Shown here one piece after another: positions 22,483-34,616 of a stretch of 64,000 nt of DNA. The DNA lies in NCBI GenBank assembly GCA_030770535.1, contig JASVEC010000020.1:496001-560000 (forward strand), written 5' to 3'. Below the pieces are notes generated by a model, which was not told where the DNA came from, made no database searches, and was given only the letters and a program-made list of their open reading frames with translations. Both the position numbers and the translations under genes were made by a program. The stretch is from Batkoa obscura. Its lineage: Eukaryota. Each line of letters starts with the position of its first letter. Positions within the stretch are counted from its first letter, which is position 1.

Positions 22483-24660
22483 CTAATTCTGAACCATACT
22501 TACTTTAGCTTCTAATGTAGAATCTAAAGGTAAAACATTACTCCCTGCTCCATTTTCATCCGAAATAATACTATCTAAATCATTACTTGTAGCTCCATCG
22601 GGTAAATTATTATTATTATTACTTGAGTTATCATTCAAAATATTATTAACATTAACATCATTAACACCTGGTATTAATGAAATATTAGTATTATTATTAG
22701 TACCACTAGTAGGTCGAACAATTGGTGCAATTAATGTGTTAATTGATGGTTTGATAGTACTACTTGGAATAGCATTGGTAATGAGGTTATTGATGGGTTT
22801 ATTACTATTATTTATAATAGTAGATATTACTGGGAGTATAGGAGTGGCAATAGAAGCTTGATTTTGATTTAAATTACTAATGACTGCATCTACATTAGTT
22901 GAGTTCAGTAAAGAACTACCATTGATAATTGGAGTTGAAGCGGTAGAAGTAACTATAAAGCTAGAAATATCTAACATACCTGGGGATTTAGAACACTGAA
23001 TTGAAGATAAATTAAAACATGATATAGATTTGGAATTATAGTTAAATTTCCAACATTTAGGACATTTCTCTCCAAAACAAGGCAATTCGGAATTTCCATT
23101 TAAATAACAAGTTTTATTTAAATAAAAGGATCTTTTACTATATTGCATTTGAGAAAATAAATTACTTTGATTACTTGTACATTTAAAATTGGACTGGAAA
23201 TCATAACATTTATAAATCGATAAATTATTATCATATTCCCAACATGATGGACAATAATTCCCTTTACATAAAGATTTAATATCCCCATTAACATAACATC
23301 CTTTTTCTAAGATGTTAATCGAGTTATCAATCACGGTTGGTGGTATTGTTGGTAAAACATTATTAACTAAAATACCACCAGATACTAATTGAACAGCATC
23401 ATCAACTTGATTACAACTACCATTAATTGTATTAAAACATTGAAAAGTTTGATCAAGATAATTAACATTCCAACAAGGTGGACAATTAGCCCCTGATTTA
23501 CAAGGTAAATTTTTATTACCATTAATAAAACAGGATTTATTTTTAATATTATTACTGGTAATTTTAGGCATTAATGAAGTCATATCTTTGAATCCAGGAT
23601 TACATTGAGAGTTCACTTTTTTATAACAAGAAAATCGATTATTAATAGAAATCCAGCAAGGGGGACATTTTCCTTTGCATGGTATATTGAAATTACCATT
23701 TATATAACATATATTTAATGGGTTATATTCTGGTTGAAATTTAAATTCATTATTATTTTGAGTAACTATAGGCAAATAAGTCACTTGAGGAGGCCTTACT
23801 ACTACAGTCACAGTAGAAAGTACAGGTTGATAAATAGTATCAGTAATTGTCGGAGGCTTCACTAATTGAGTAGAAACTTGTAAAGAAATAAATGTATTAG
23901 TTTGAATTTGAGTAGATGTAACGGTAGATGGTGGTAAACTAATAGTTTGAGTTTGCAATTGAACAGTGACAGAAGTGACAGTATTAGTTTGAGTTACAGT
24001 GGTAGTTTTAGGAGGTAAAGTAACTGTTTGAGTCTGAGTTTGTAATTGAATAGTAGTAGCGGTTATTGTAGTAGTTGTAGTACTTGGAGGTAAAGTAATC
24101 AATTGAGTTTGTAGTTGAGTTTGTGTTGATAATATAGTAGTAATTTCTGTTTGTGTTTGAATACTTGTTAATGGGGGTAAACTTATGGTAGTTGTATGAG
24201 CTAAAATTTGAGTTTGAGTATATGTCACTGTAGGTATTGGTAAATAGCTAGTTTGTCCATTGTTAGAAGTATAAGTAGCTATTACAGTATGGATAGTATT
24301 CGTGGGATAAAAGGTTATGGGAAACAAATTTGATTGATTAGATGGAGGAAATATCACTGTTTGTATGTTGTTTCCTCCATTATTGTTTATTAAATCATTT
24401 GGATTATTACTTCCTATTATTATCGTATTATTATTGGGAAATCCAATATTACCGTTGTTATTATTGTTAATGTTAATTGGAAAGGTAGTATTAATACCAT
24501 TATTTATACCATTGTTATTATTGTTGTTATTGTTATTATTATTATTATCATTATTATTATTCGGAAGCAATAAATCATCAGGGTTAATAATCAGTTGATG
24601 TTCCTTAGCAATAATAAAAGAAGATAGTAATAAAAGTGAATAAAATTTTAATGAAAGCAT
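22483..24660 (-). CDS. Secreted Thr-rich protein with four six-cysteine repeats, function unknown
   Basis: Signal peptide, poly-Asn, Thr/Gln/Pro mucin-like stalk, four C[YF]xNG...C..CPxCW...C...C repeats; 725-aa intronless ORF. Confidence 0.85.
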   Translation of the reverse strand: MLSLKFYSLLLLSSFIIAKEHQLIINPDDLLLPNNNNDNNNNNNNNNNNNGINNGINTTFPININNNNNGNIGFPNNNTIIIGSNNPNDLINNNGGNNIQTVIFPPSNQSNLFPITFYPTNTIHTVIATYTSNNGQTSYLPIPTVTYTQTQILAHTTTISLPPLTSIQTQTEITTILSTQTQLQTQLITLPPSTTTTTITATTIQLQTQTQTVTLPPKTTTVTQTNTVTSVTVQLQTQTISLPPSTVTSTQIQTNTFISLQVSTQLVKPPTITDTIYQPVLSTVTVVVRPPQVTYLPIVTQNNNEFKFQPEYNPLNICYINGNFNIPCKGKCPPCWISINNRFSCYKKVNSQCNPGFKDMTSLMPKITSNNIKNKSCFINGNKNLPCKSGANCPPCWNVNYLDQTFQCFNTINGSCNQVDDAVQLVSGGILVNNVLPTIPPTVIDNSINILEKGCYVNGDIKSLCKGNYCPSCWEYDNNLSIYKCYDFQSNFKCTSNQSNLFSQMQYSKRSFYLNKTCYLNGNSELPCFGEKCPKCWKFNYNSKSISCFNLSSIQCSKSPGMLDISSFIVTSTASTPIINGSSLLNSTNVDAVISNLNQNQASIATPILPVISTIINNSNKPINNLITNAIPSSTIKPSINTLIAPIVRPTSGTNNNTNISLIPGVNDVNVNNILNDNSSNNNNNLPDGATSNDLDSIISDENGAGSNVLPLDSTLEAKVSMVQN

Positions 24661-25685
24661 ATGAAAGAGATAGTAGTAATGTAATGGTTCAAAAAAATCA
24701 AACTTTTTTTAAAATAGAGCTATAAAAAGAAATAAACTTTTATTATATAGTATATCCTACTTCAGTATTTGGTATAAAACACTTAATTAATACCTATTTA
24801 TTATACTACAAGTTGTTTACTTGTATGCCACTGTACTGATTTTTCTTATTTTTCGGTTAAATTTGTTTGAACATTAAATTAAGTACTTCTTTTAAAATTT
24901 AATAAAATGCTTCATATTCTATCGGAGCATTTAATAGCAATTTTATCTTAGCTTGAAAACTACATCTTAATTAAGTTTAGAAACTAAGTATACATCTGCT
25001 GCAATTCTAATGTGGCCCAATTAACTATTCGTTTAAGAATTTTTTTTTGCTAAAATCTGAGTAAATTTGAATCTTAAGCACTAAAAAACTAAATAAGCAA
25101 ATAGCTAGCTCTAAAAACCACCACAATTTAAGTTGCAAGAGAGTTGCAGCAACTATATAACGTTAATTTGTCTATTTTTATCTTTATTTTAGTTGAAATT
25201 TAAAAAATTTATCAGTTAAGATTCTGATTCAATTGATGGTCATAACCAAATGGCGAAAGAGATGCTTTTCACTTGTGTTAATATCAATGCACTTGAGCCA
25301 ATATACTATTAAGTTATGAATTTTTAGTTACTAAGTTTCTAATCATGTTTTTAAACTTTTAATTGTAAAATACAAATTGATGAATTAACAAGTTATAGTA
25401 ACAATATTATAATATTTGAATTACAATCCGGTATAAACGTGTTTAATTCAATCATCCTATTTTTATTATTTCAAATATTATAATATACCATAAACCTATT
25501 ATTGCTATTCTCTTAATTTTACTGAAATCGGATTTTAAAATTTATCTTCCAACGTTCCAAATTTGATATTATGTATAATAGTTTTATAGCATTCCATATT
25601 AGTTTAAAATAGTTACCTTGAAAACATTCCATCTTCAGTCGTACGTAATCTATAATAAAATGAAAACTCAATATTAAGTTTAATT

Positions 25686-25716
25686 TGCCCACTAAGGGAT
25701 TTGAACCTGCGTCTCA
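25686..25716 (-). pseudogene. tRNA-like 3' half remnant (T-arm/B-box)
   Basis: Minus strand GCAGGTTCAAATCCCTTAGTGGGCA looks like a T-arm plus 3' acceptor strand, but I find no complementary 5' acceptor strand. Confidence 0.35.
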
Positions 25717-26075
25717 GAAATAAAGTATAATTCTAAAATGAAATCAACCGTAGCAGCTGCTTTTAAAGATAGCTAACTCTAACTAGGCCAATTTTCAAAT
25801 TATAATTAAACTTTGTGTATCATCATTATGGTAAGTAGACATTTCATTAGGAGTATTAGTTTGAGTTACTTTTTCCAAATTTTACATTTTATTGGTTAAT
25901 CGAGGGTTAATTAATAATGAGTGGAATGTGCAGATTTTTGATGAATAAAATTTCAAAAATAAAGACAAATGCAAAACTAGTTTTAAACTTTTTGTTTTAT
26001 AATTTATATTAAAAATCATTAATAACTTATGGAAAATCCTATTCAGTAAATAATTGATAAATAATATTAATATAT

Positions 26076-26173
26076 GGGGGTGTTTTTTTGGCTTCATTGC
26101 TTTTTCCATTTTTCAAGTGCTATTTGAGCCGAAAAATCGTTAGTAAAATTTTTAAACAACAAAATACATCCCT
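26076..26173 (+). mobile_element. MITE-like element
   Basis: ATAT|GGGGGTGTTTT...AATACATCCC. Confidence 0.85.
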
Positions 26174-26793
26174 TATTTTAACATCACATAGAGATGTATA
26201 ATAATATCTTAGTAATTGTTTAGTATGAACTCAAACTGAATTTATAAAAGATATTTTAAAGATAGAGTTTCAACTAAATAAAAATAATATAATTTTAGTA
26301 AAAAAGCAAATTATTTTATTACTATATTAATATTTAATTGCTACTAATAATAGTATCATTTCATTTTATACATCTAGCTTAAACAATATACAAAACAAGT
26401 TATACTGTCAATAATTTTGCTATGAAATTACTAGTCTTCTATAATAATTCCAAGCTAATTTTAATTCCCTTAAACTCACAAATGATAATAAGCCAACAAT
26501 CTTCGATTATTGCCAGCTAATTAAAATTAATTGGTTAAAATAGCAAATGACTCTTCACATAAGATTGGATACGTTAATAAGAATCAATGAATTTCATTGG
26601 TTGATAGACTCCAATTTAAAAATGACAAAAAATCACTAAAACAAGAGTAAGAAATTTAATGAGAATGAAAACTCCAAATTTTCTTTATTCATTTATTCAT
26701 TTATTTTATTAAAGGTAAAGATAAAAAATAATATAAAAAGTGGATTAGTGTTAACTTTAAGCTCTTATTTCTTTTTAGTAAGGATAAATTAAA

Positions 26794-28390
26794 ATGTCTT
26801 CTTTTCGATTTTTACATTTGATACGTCCTTTTGTGAATGTTATCCCTGAGGTAGCTTCTCCAGATAGAAAAGTAAGTTTAAAATAATCAAAACATTCAAA
26901 TAGCAGACATTGATTTAACCTTTCCCTTAAAATTAGGTTCCTTTCAATCAAAAGATGCTATGGACTGCCATTACACTTTTTATCTTTTTAGTATGTTCTC
27001 AAATTCCATTATATGGTATTATGTCTAGTGATTCTTCCGATCCACTATATTGGATGCGTGTCATTCTTGCTTCTAATAGAGGTACTTTAATGGAGTTAGG
27101 TATTACTCCTATTATTACCTCTGGTATGATTATGCAAATGTTAGCCGGGGCTAACCTTATTGAAGTCGATTATTCTCTAAGAGAAGATCGTGCTCTTTTT
27201 GGGGCTGCTCAAAAATGTAAGTTTAAAATTTATTTTATATTGCTATCTTTTATTTATTTTATAAATAGTATTTGCTATGATTATTACTTTTGGACAAGCT
27301 TTAGTATCTGTTATCACTGGACTTTATGGTAGACCAGCTGATCTTGGTATTGGTGTATGTATTTTGTTAGTTATTCAATTATTTGTTGCTGGATTGATTG
27401 TGATTTTATTGGATGAATTGCTTCAAAAAGGATACGGATTAGGCTCTGGTATCAATTTATTTATTGCTACTAACATTTGTGAAACTATTATTTGGAAAGC
27501 ATTTAGTCCAAGTACTTTTAATACCGGTAAAGGACCTGAATTCGAAGGAGCTATTATTGCTTTCTTCCATCTTTTATTCACACGTCGTAATAAATTTAAG
27601 GCCTTAAATGAAGCTTTATTCCGCTCCAATCTACCCAATCTTTCCAACTTATTCGCTACTGTATTTGTATTTGCTTTAGTCATCTACCTCCAAGGTTTCC
27701 GTATTGAAATTCCAATCAAATCAAACAAAGCTCGTGGTTCAAGAGGTACTTTTCCAGTCAAATTATTTTATACTTCCAACATGCCAATTATGCTTCAATC
27801 TGCTTTAACTTCCAATGTTTTCCTTGTTTCTCAAATGCTTTATATTCGTTTCCCTGAAAACTTTTTAGTCCGTTTATTTGGTGTTTGGGAGGTAAACAAT
27901 AGTATCACTATTATTAGCAATCATATTAATTTTCTTATAGCCAATTGGAGAAAGTACTATGCTAAGTCCAGTATCTGGTTTGGCTTATTATTTACGTCCA
28001 CCAAATGCATTTATTGAAGTATTACAAGATCCAGTTCACTTTGTTGTTTACCTTGGATTTATCTTAGGAGCTTGTGCTTTATTCTCACGCACATGGATTG
28101 AAATTTCTGGCTCTTCACCACGTGATGTAGCTAAACAACTTAAAGAGCAAGATACTGTTATTGCAGGTCATCGTGATACATCGATCTATAAGGTACTTAA
28201 GAAAGTCATTCCACAAGCTGCTACCGTTGGTGGTCTTGTTATTGGTTTACTTTCCGTCAGTGCAGATTTAATGGGTGCTATTGGCTCTGGTACTGGTATC
28301 CTTTTAGCTGTTACTATTATCTATCAATACTTTGAAATGTTTGTCAAAGAACAACAAGAAGCTGGTGGGCTCGCAGCTATGATGAATTAA
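26794..28390 (+). CDS. SEC61: Translocon subunit Sec61 alpha, 4 coding exons: 26794-26871, 26937-27216, 27269-27890, 27941-28390
   Basis: [69 protein letters not shown]. Confidence 0.96.
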
Positions 28391-28514
28391 GGATTTTTTC
28401 ACTCTTTTGATGGATTCTATTTTTTAAAAATATAAAAATAAACTAAAATAGCTATTTTTAATAATTATTTATAAAGTTTAACTTGGAATTTTTTTGTTTT
28501 CGTTTTAAGTTAAA

Positions 28515-29711
28515 ATGCAAACTCAATCAGTCATATTAAATAATGGGAGCGTCATGCCTTTAATTGGGAGTAATTAGAATGATGATATATTACATAATAA
28601 CATATAATAATAATAATAATAATAGTTGGCACTTATCGAATGAGAGATAAGTATCAGATTCAGGAAATATTAACTGAAGGAATAGAAGTAGGTTATCGAT
28701 TAATAGGTAATTTGTAAAAACATAACAAAATGCATTTAATATTTACTAAAATAATACAAAAAGATACAGCTCAAGTGTACAGAAATGAAGAAGTGATAGG
28801 TGGAGTTATTGAAGAATATTTAACTAATAATAAGGATAAAATTGAAAGAAAGGATTTGTTTATCACTAGTAAAATAGGTAATTAACTAAAATTAATAAAT
28901 AGAATCCAATAAATGATAAAACTTATTTTATTTAGCTCCAAACAACCAAGGAGCGGATAGAGGCTATGAATGTAAATTATTACTGTTACTTAAATCAATT
29001 ATCTAAACAATAATAACCAATAGCTACTTTAGAAACGATAAAAAAATTACGCTTAGATTACATTGATCTAATGTTGATCCATTGGCCTGGTACTTCAAGG
29101 ATTAGTCCCCAATCTCCTATGAATTCAGAATATCGAAAACAAACTTATCAAAGCTTAGAACGTTTGTATCACGAAGGGATAGTCAAAAATATAGGCATCA
29201 GCAACTATACTTTATCACATTTAAAGGAATTATTAACTTATTGTCAAATTAAACCACAAGTTTTACAAATAGAATACCACCCTTTATATCAATCGAAAGA
29301 AATCATAGATTATTGTAAGGAAAATGGGATACAAATTCAAGCCTATTCGTCCTTGGGAGAAGGGCAATTGATTAATGATGGTGATGAGTTTTTTAAACAG
29401 TTTTTAAAGTTCAATAAAAATTTGTTAAAGGAGAATGACATCAAAGGGCAATTAGTTGGTTTTCTGTTAAAATGGGCAATGTTAAAAAATATCGTGGTAA
29501 TTCCAAAAACTAATAGTGTAAAACATTTAATTAGCAATTTTAATTGTTTAAATATAGACTTGAATGAAAATGTAAGTTTTTAACATTATGTTTCTATAGT
29601 ATATCACATTAACTTTTTTAGATCAACGAATTTTTCAATAGCTGTATTTATGATAGTAAATATGAATTGAAATCCAACAAATTTTGTTGGGATCCAGAAA
29701 CAGTTTTATAA
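28515..29711 (+). CDS. Aldo-keto reductase family protein (multi-exon)
   Basis: LNNGSVMPLIG, GYRLI|DTAQVYRNE, DLFITSK, DYIDLMLIHWP, IGISNY, QAYSSLG, VIPKT, C-terminal CWDPETVL*. Confidence 0.9.
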
Positions 29712-29766
29712 ATAAACATGAAAATGAAAGCAACTTGAAAGTTATTAAAATATAATTTTATTAATT

Positions 29767-30886
29767 TCAAACTCTATTATACCCATTTCTACGTCTTTTT
29801 CCAGAAATAAATGTAACTGAAGAATGAATTAATGTCTAAATTAAAGTTACATTAGTTATTATTATTATTATACATAAAAAGCCTACCATTAAATTAGGTA
29901 TGAAATTTTGCCAAAATTCTACGTTTGGTATTAAATCCCAACCACTATTATTAAGCACATAATAGTTGTAAAGGATACCAAAGATAAAGTAAAATAATAT
30001 CAATAATAATATGCTAATAAAACAATAAATGAATAAAACACAAAAATATCATTATTAAAACCTACATTGTACTAAACGCAATACCAGCTTGAGTAGCCGG
30101 GCTATTTCCTGGATCACTAGGTGGAGTTGAGTTATCCCCACTACAAAAGAGTTAACTAAATAAGCAACTAAAAAATAACATGAAGATAAAAATTACAGTG
30201 GACAAGCATATTTAGTAATCCAACTTAAAGTCAATTTACCGTTTTCATAATTTTAAATTTTTGGATCTTCATTCTATTTTGAAAATTAATATCTAGTATT
30301 TCTGCCAAAACCATTATATTGTATTTCTATTTACCTTATCTTTATCACATTGAAACTGTATAAACGTGCTTTGCTCTTGCTCATCAATAGTTTCCCCAGA
30401 TAGTGATAGATGTAAGCCTAAATTTTATTATTACCATTATTAATTATATTTGCCTTTACTTACTGTCAAATTTACCCTTAATTGCAGTAGTAGATAAGCT
30501 AGGTGGCTTTTTATTATTAGCTACTTCAATCAAGCTAATAACTCTAGGTTCGGAATTATCTTTATAATTGATAATACTTTGGCAGATATAAGTACCATCC
30601 CCGCATTGGTCTTTTCCATCTTTTTTATTTTTTGTACCATCACAAATATTAATTTCATAATTAGTTTCAGTTATCGTTGGTTTTGTAGTTTTATTCATGG
30701 AAATCGTATATTCTCTAATGGAAATGTTAATGTGTTATTGTTATATATTAGTAAATATACTTACTTATTTAAATCTTTAAAATTAAACTTTAAGTTGTCA
30801 ATTGAGATCTCTTGAGTACAATCCCATTCACATTGAACATTTAAAATTAAATTGAATATTAATATTAAAATGAAATTAAAATACAT
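29767..30886 (-). CDS. ATG27: Atg27/M6P-receptor-homology type I membrane protein, about 7 exons, with one in-frame TAA at 30255-30253
   Basis: Signal peptide, NIC...C..GT.IC, IQFQCD, LSWITKYAC, TM helix, YNYYV...GWDLIPNVEFW, C-terminal YNRV (YxxPhi). Confidence 0.78.
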
Positions 30887-30950
30887 TTTTAAAAAAAGTT
30901 AAAACGTAAAAGTTAGAACTCAAACTTTAGTCTTTTTATTCTTTTTAAAA

Positions 30951-32104
30951 ATGAAGTAAAATTTAAAATCAAACGTAATATTTTAATCATTAATTAAAAC
31001 CTTAGCGTAACAAAAGAAATCCAACGTATTAATGAAAAAGAAATTGATTGGATGATAACCCGAGGTTTAGATGCTTCAGGCTCATGGCATGATGATTACA
31101 AACACTCAGCTTATATATTTGTTGGTAGTTTACCATTTGATTTAACCGAAGGAGATATCATTACCATTTTTTCTCAGTAAGGATATGATAATTATAATGA
31201 TGATTTATTTATTTCTAAATTAATAGATATGGTGAGATAGAAGACGTCAATCTAATAAGAGATAAAGAAACTGGCAAATCAAAAGGCTTCTGTTATTTAA
31301 AATATTTAGATCAAAGATCTACTAATTTAGCTGTGGATAACTTAAACTCTATTGAAGTAAGTATAAAAAAGTAAATTTGTTTTAACTAATTATTAATAAT
31401 TTAGATCTTAGATCGAAAAATACGAGTAGATCATGTGAAAGATTACAAGCCACCCAAAAGAAAAGGGGAAGATGGCGTAGAAAGGTTGGACTTAAGTTAT
31501 AACGCGGCTCCTAAGCTTGTTGAAAGTAAGTAATAAATATGATGATATTTAATTTCGACAGTTTTTAACTGCAATTCACCATAGTACCAACCTCAGAAGA
31601 AGAAAAGGAAGAAGAAAAGGATAAAGAAAGTTTAATGATTGAAAATGGAATTGATCCAGATGACCCAATGGCAGAATATCTTTATGAAAAGTTAATGAAA
31701 AAAGAAAAGAAGGCTAAAAAGAGTAAAAAAAGTAAAAAAGAGAAAGAGGAGGATCAATCGAAATCTAGGTAAATATTTTCATCTGTATTAGTTGTTCTTT
31801 CTTTATTTTTATTTTAATAAATTATAGAAAAGACAAACATGAAAGGGATTATAAAGATGATTATGAAGATGATTATAAATCTGAAAGAAGAGAAAGAAAG
31901 GATCGTAGTAGAGATTCGTACGAAAAAAGGAATAGAAATGAATCAAGACGTAATTATGATAAATATGAAGGAAGAGAAAGTTCAAAAAATAGATATGATA
32001 GGAAAGATAGGTATGATGATTATGATAGATACGAAAAAAGAAATCGATACATGGATGATAAAGATAGCTATGAAAGAAGGGACAGCTACGAAAGAAGAAG
32101 ATAA
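30951..32104 (+). CDS. IST3: RES complex RRM splicing factor Ist3/Snu17/RBMX2 (multi-exon, 5-nt first coding exon)
   Basis: MN|VTKEIQRINEKE, SWHDDYKHSAYIFVG, LTEGDIITIFSQ|YGE, RDKETGKSKGF, DQRSTNLAVDNLN, IRVDHV; RS/RD-rich tail. Confidence 0.9.
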
Positions 32105-32698
32105 ATAAATTTGAATTGATGTGTTTTAAATTATTTTATTAAATCAATATTTATGAAGTTTTGCTAGTATTGGAATTTTAGTTTTACTCTTATTTACTAT
32201 TTTCGAATACACATTTTTTTTGTTTTTTGGACATTTTGAGTTAAATTCGGTTTGGCTAGATACATGTTACTTATTTAAATGAATAAATTTATAAGTGGCT
32301 CGTAATTATTAAAAATAGTTTTAAATTCAAACAGCAGTAAAATAAACAAAGTTAAAGCATTACAATATCTTTTGTGATTAAGTCATCATTGCCCATACTT
32401 TGAATGAAATCATCAAATTCTTGTTTTAATTTTAATTTTAGTTTTCAATACCCAGGCTTGAGAGTCATTTAAAAATAGTCATCCTGTCAAGCGTAAATAC
32501 AAAGCAGTTGACAAAAAACAATGTGTTAAAAAATCATAAAAGGGGGAATTTTTTATTCAAAAAAAAGGAAAATTTTTAAAGGTTCGAACAATTGATTGCC
32601 TTTTTGTTTCAAAATCATTGAAAATTCTTAAAGCTATATAAATATTAACAAACACCTTTAATTAATTTTTTAATTTTATTAATTTTTAATTTGCAAAT

Positions 32699-33584
32699 AT
32701 GAAAAAAAGAAGCGTTTGTTGTTGCATTTGTACATTTATAGTTGTTTTAATTTTGCTAGCCGCAGCCGCTGTTACTGCTTTCTTTTTATGGGCAAGACAA
32801 CCAAGTGTTGAATTTAATGGAGCCTTACCACCCGAAAACTCCAAAGACTCATTTGTTCTAAATGGCGCTACTGATTTTTCTTTTAATTTGAGGCTCAATT
32901 TTACCGTGGATAACCCTAACTTTATTGGCGCTACATTAAGCTCAATAGCTGCTGAAGTAAGTTTGAAGTATTCTTTGAAAATCTTAAAATTGGTGTTAAT
33001 AAATTCCTTAGGGCTCTTTACCAGTGAATAAACAAGTAACTTTAGCTACTGGTAGTCTTAAAGATGTGGGTATCAATAAGCAAGCAAAGACAAACATATT
33101 ATTTCCTATTAAGGTTGATTATAAATTAAAAGATGATACTGATTTGCTGATCTTAAAATATATTGCGAATAATTGTGGACTATTACAAAATACTCAAAGG
33201 GGACAATTAGAAGTGAATTATGACTTAAATATCGTGGCTAAAATTGTTGCTATCAATATAAATTTGCCTACATTTTCAAATGATGCCAAGTTTGATTGCC
33301 CTATTCCGGTAAATATTATTATGATTTATTTTTATTGTTCATGTTTATGTTTATGTTTTTTTAATTAGGCTGGTACTAAAATACCTGGTTTGGATTTAAT
33401 ATTGAAATTATATAATGGTGGCTTACCTAATAACATTGATCCAAATGCTCTTATTGCTACTTTACAAAAGCAGATACCGAACTTAGATAGCGTTGACCCA
33501 AGTATATTGAATAAGATTGATCCGAATACTTTGAATAATATTGGTAGTCAATTAGGACCTATTGCTACTAAGATATTAGGTTAA
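32699..33584 (+). CDS. Membrane-anchored LEA_2/WHy-like protein, 3 exons
   Basis: Cys-rich N-terminus plus TM helix, RQPSV, FTVDNPNFIGATL; GT-AG introns at 32957-33011 and 33309-33368. Confidence 0.6.
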
Positions 33585-33655
33585 AATGAATAATAATAAC
33601 TAATAAATAATAATTGTAATATAATTTATATAATAAACCATTCTACATATATTTA

Positions 33656-34616
33656 TTAAATGTCAAAAAAATCGATATGAGCTCCACTTTCAAATTCATT
33701 TAAATGGACTAATTGAACTAATTTATCAGCAGAATCACTCATTTTAACTAGTTTATCCTAAATCAAATATTAATAATGGAATTAATACATAACAAATACC
33801 ATTACCTCTTTTTGTAAATTTTGGAAGACTGTTTTTAACTCTTGATCTTTAAGCTCACTACGTAAAATAACTTGCATTCTGCCTTCCATAGGGCCAGGAG
33901 CATAATTTAAAGTTTTAATATTGGTCTAAATAAAAGGTTAATAAATAAATCACTTATAATATCTCAATTCTTACCTTCTTTTCTTCTAATGCAACCACCT
34001 TTAAAAACATATCTCTAGCTGCTTTTATTGTGCAATATAATGAGGAGTTACACATCGGTGTAGTTGCGGCTAAAGAAGAAGTATTGATAATGACTTTTTC
34101 ATCAAAATTGGCATGTTGACTCCATTTTGAGAATAGGTTACTGTAGAAATTTAAAAGTCAAAAAGAACAATGGTAAAAAATAAATTCAAATTACCTTAAA
34201 TAAATGAAGCTGGTCAAGTTAATATTTAAATATTGTTGAATTTCAGCTATTTCCAACTCAAGTGCATTTTTACTAACATCTCCAAGGGTACCATGGTTAT
34301 TAAAGAACAGTAACTTTTTAGTTTTACTTGCCTTAAATGCCTCACTGTCTATTGTCTCCCTCACTTTAACATTGATATTTTCCCAGTTTATACTATTCAC
34401 ATCTGAGAATTCTAAGCTTGCAATTGGGTTAATTTCGATACTTTTAGTTTCATAATTAGTTTTAAGGTGATTTAACTTCTCTTTGTTTCTACCTAATAGA
34501 ATAAAATTTAACTTTAAGGATTCACTGGAGTGATATTTTTTGATAATGGACTCAAAGATTGCTTGCCCAAAGCCTTGAGTTACTCCAGTAATTATAATGA
34601 GGTAGTAAGATTCCAT
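33656..34616 (-). CDS. SPR: Sepiapterin reductase-like short-chain dehydrogenase (multi-exon)
   Basis: IITGVTQGFG, NNHGTLGDVSK, INTSSLAA, LYCTIKAARDMF, LNYAPGPM, SGAHIDFFD* closely follow animal SPR motifs. Confidence 0.75.

Noticed and set aside
30253..30255. Genome-wide reassignment of TAA
   Set aside because: TAA terminates RAD51, SEC61, RRP8 and DUT1 at their expected C-termini, and I saw no internal TAA in the other conserved genes.
31839..32108. 89-aa ORF as a separate gene
   Set aside because: It is an off-frame reading of the RS/RD-rich last exon of IST3.
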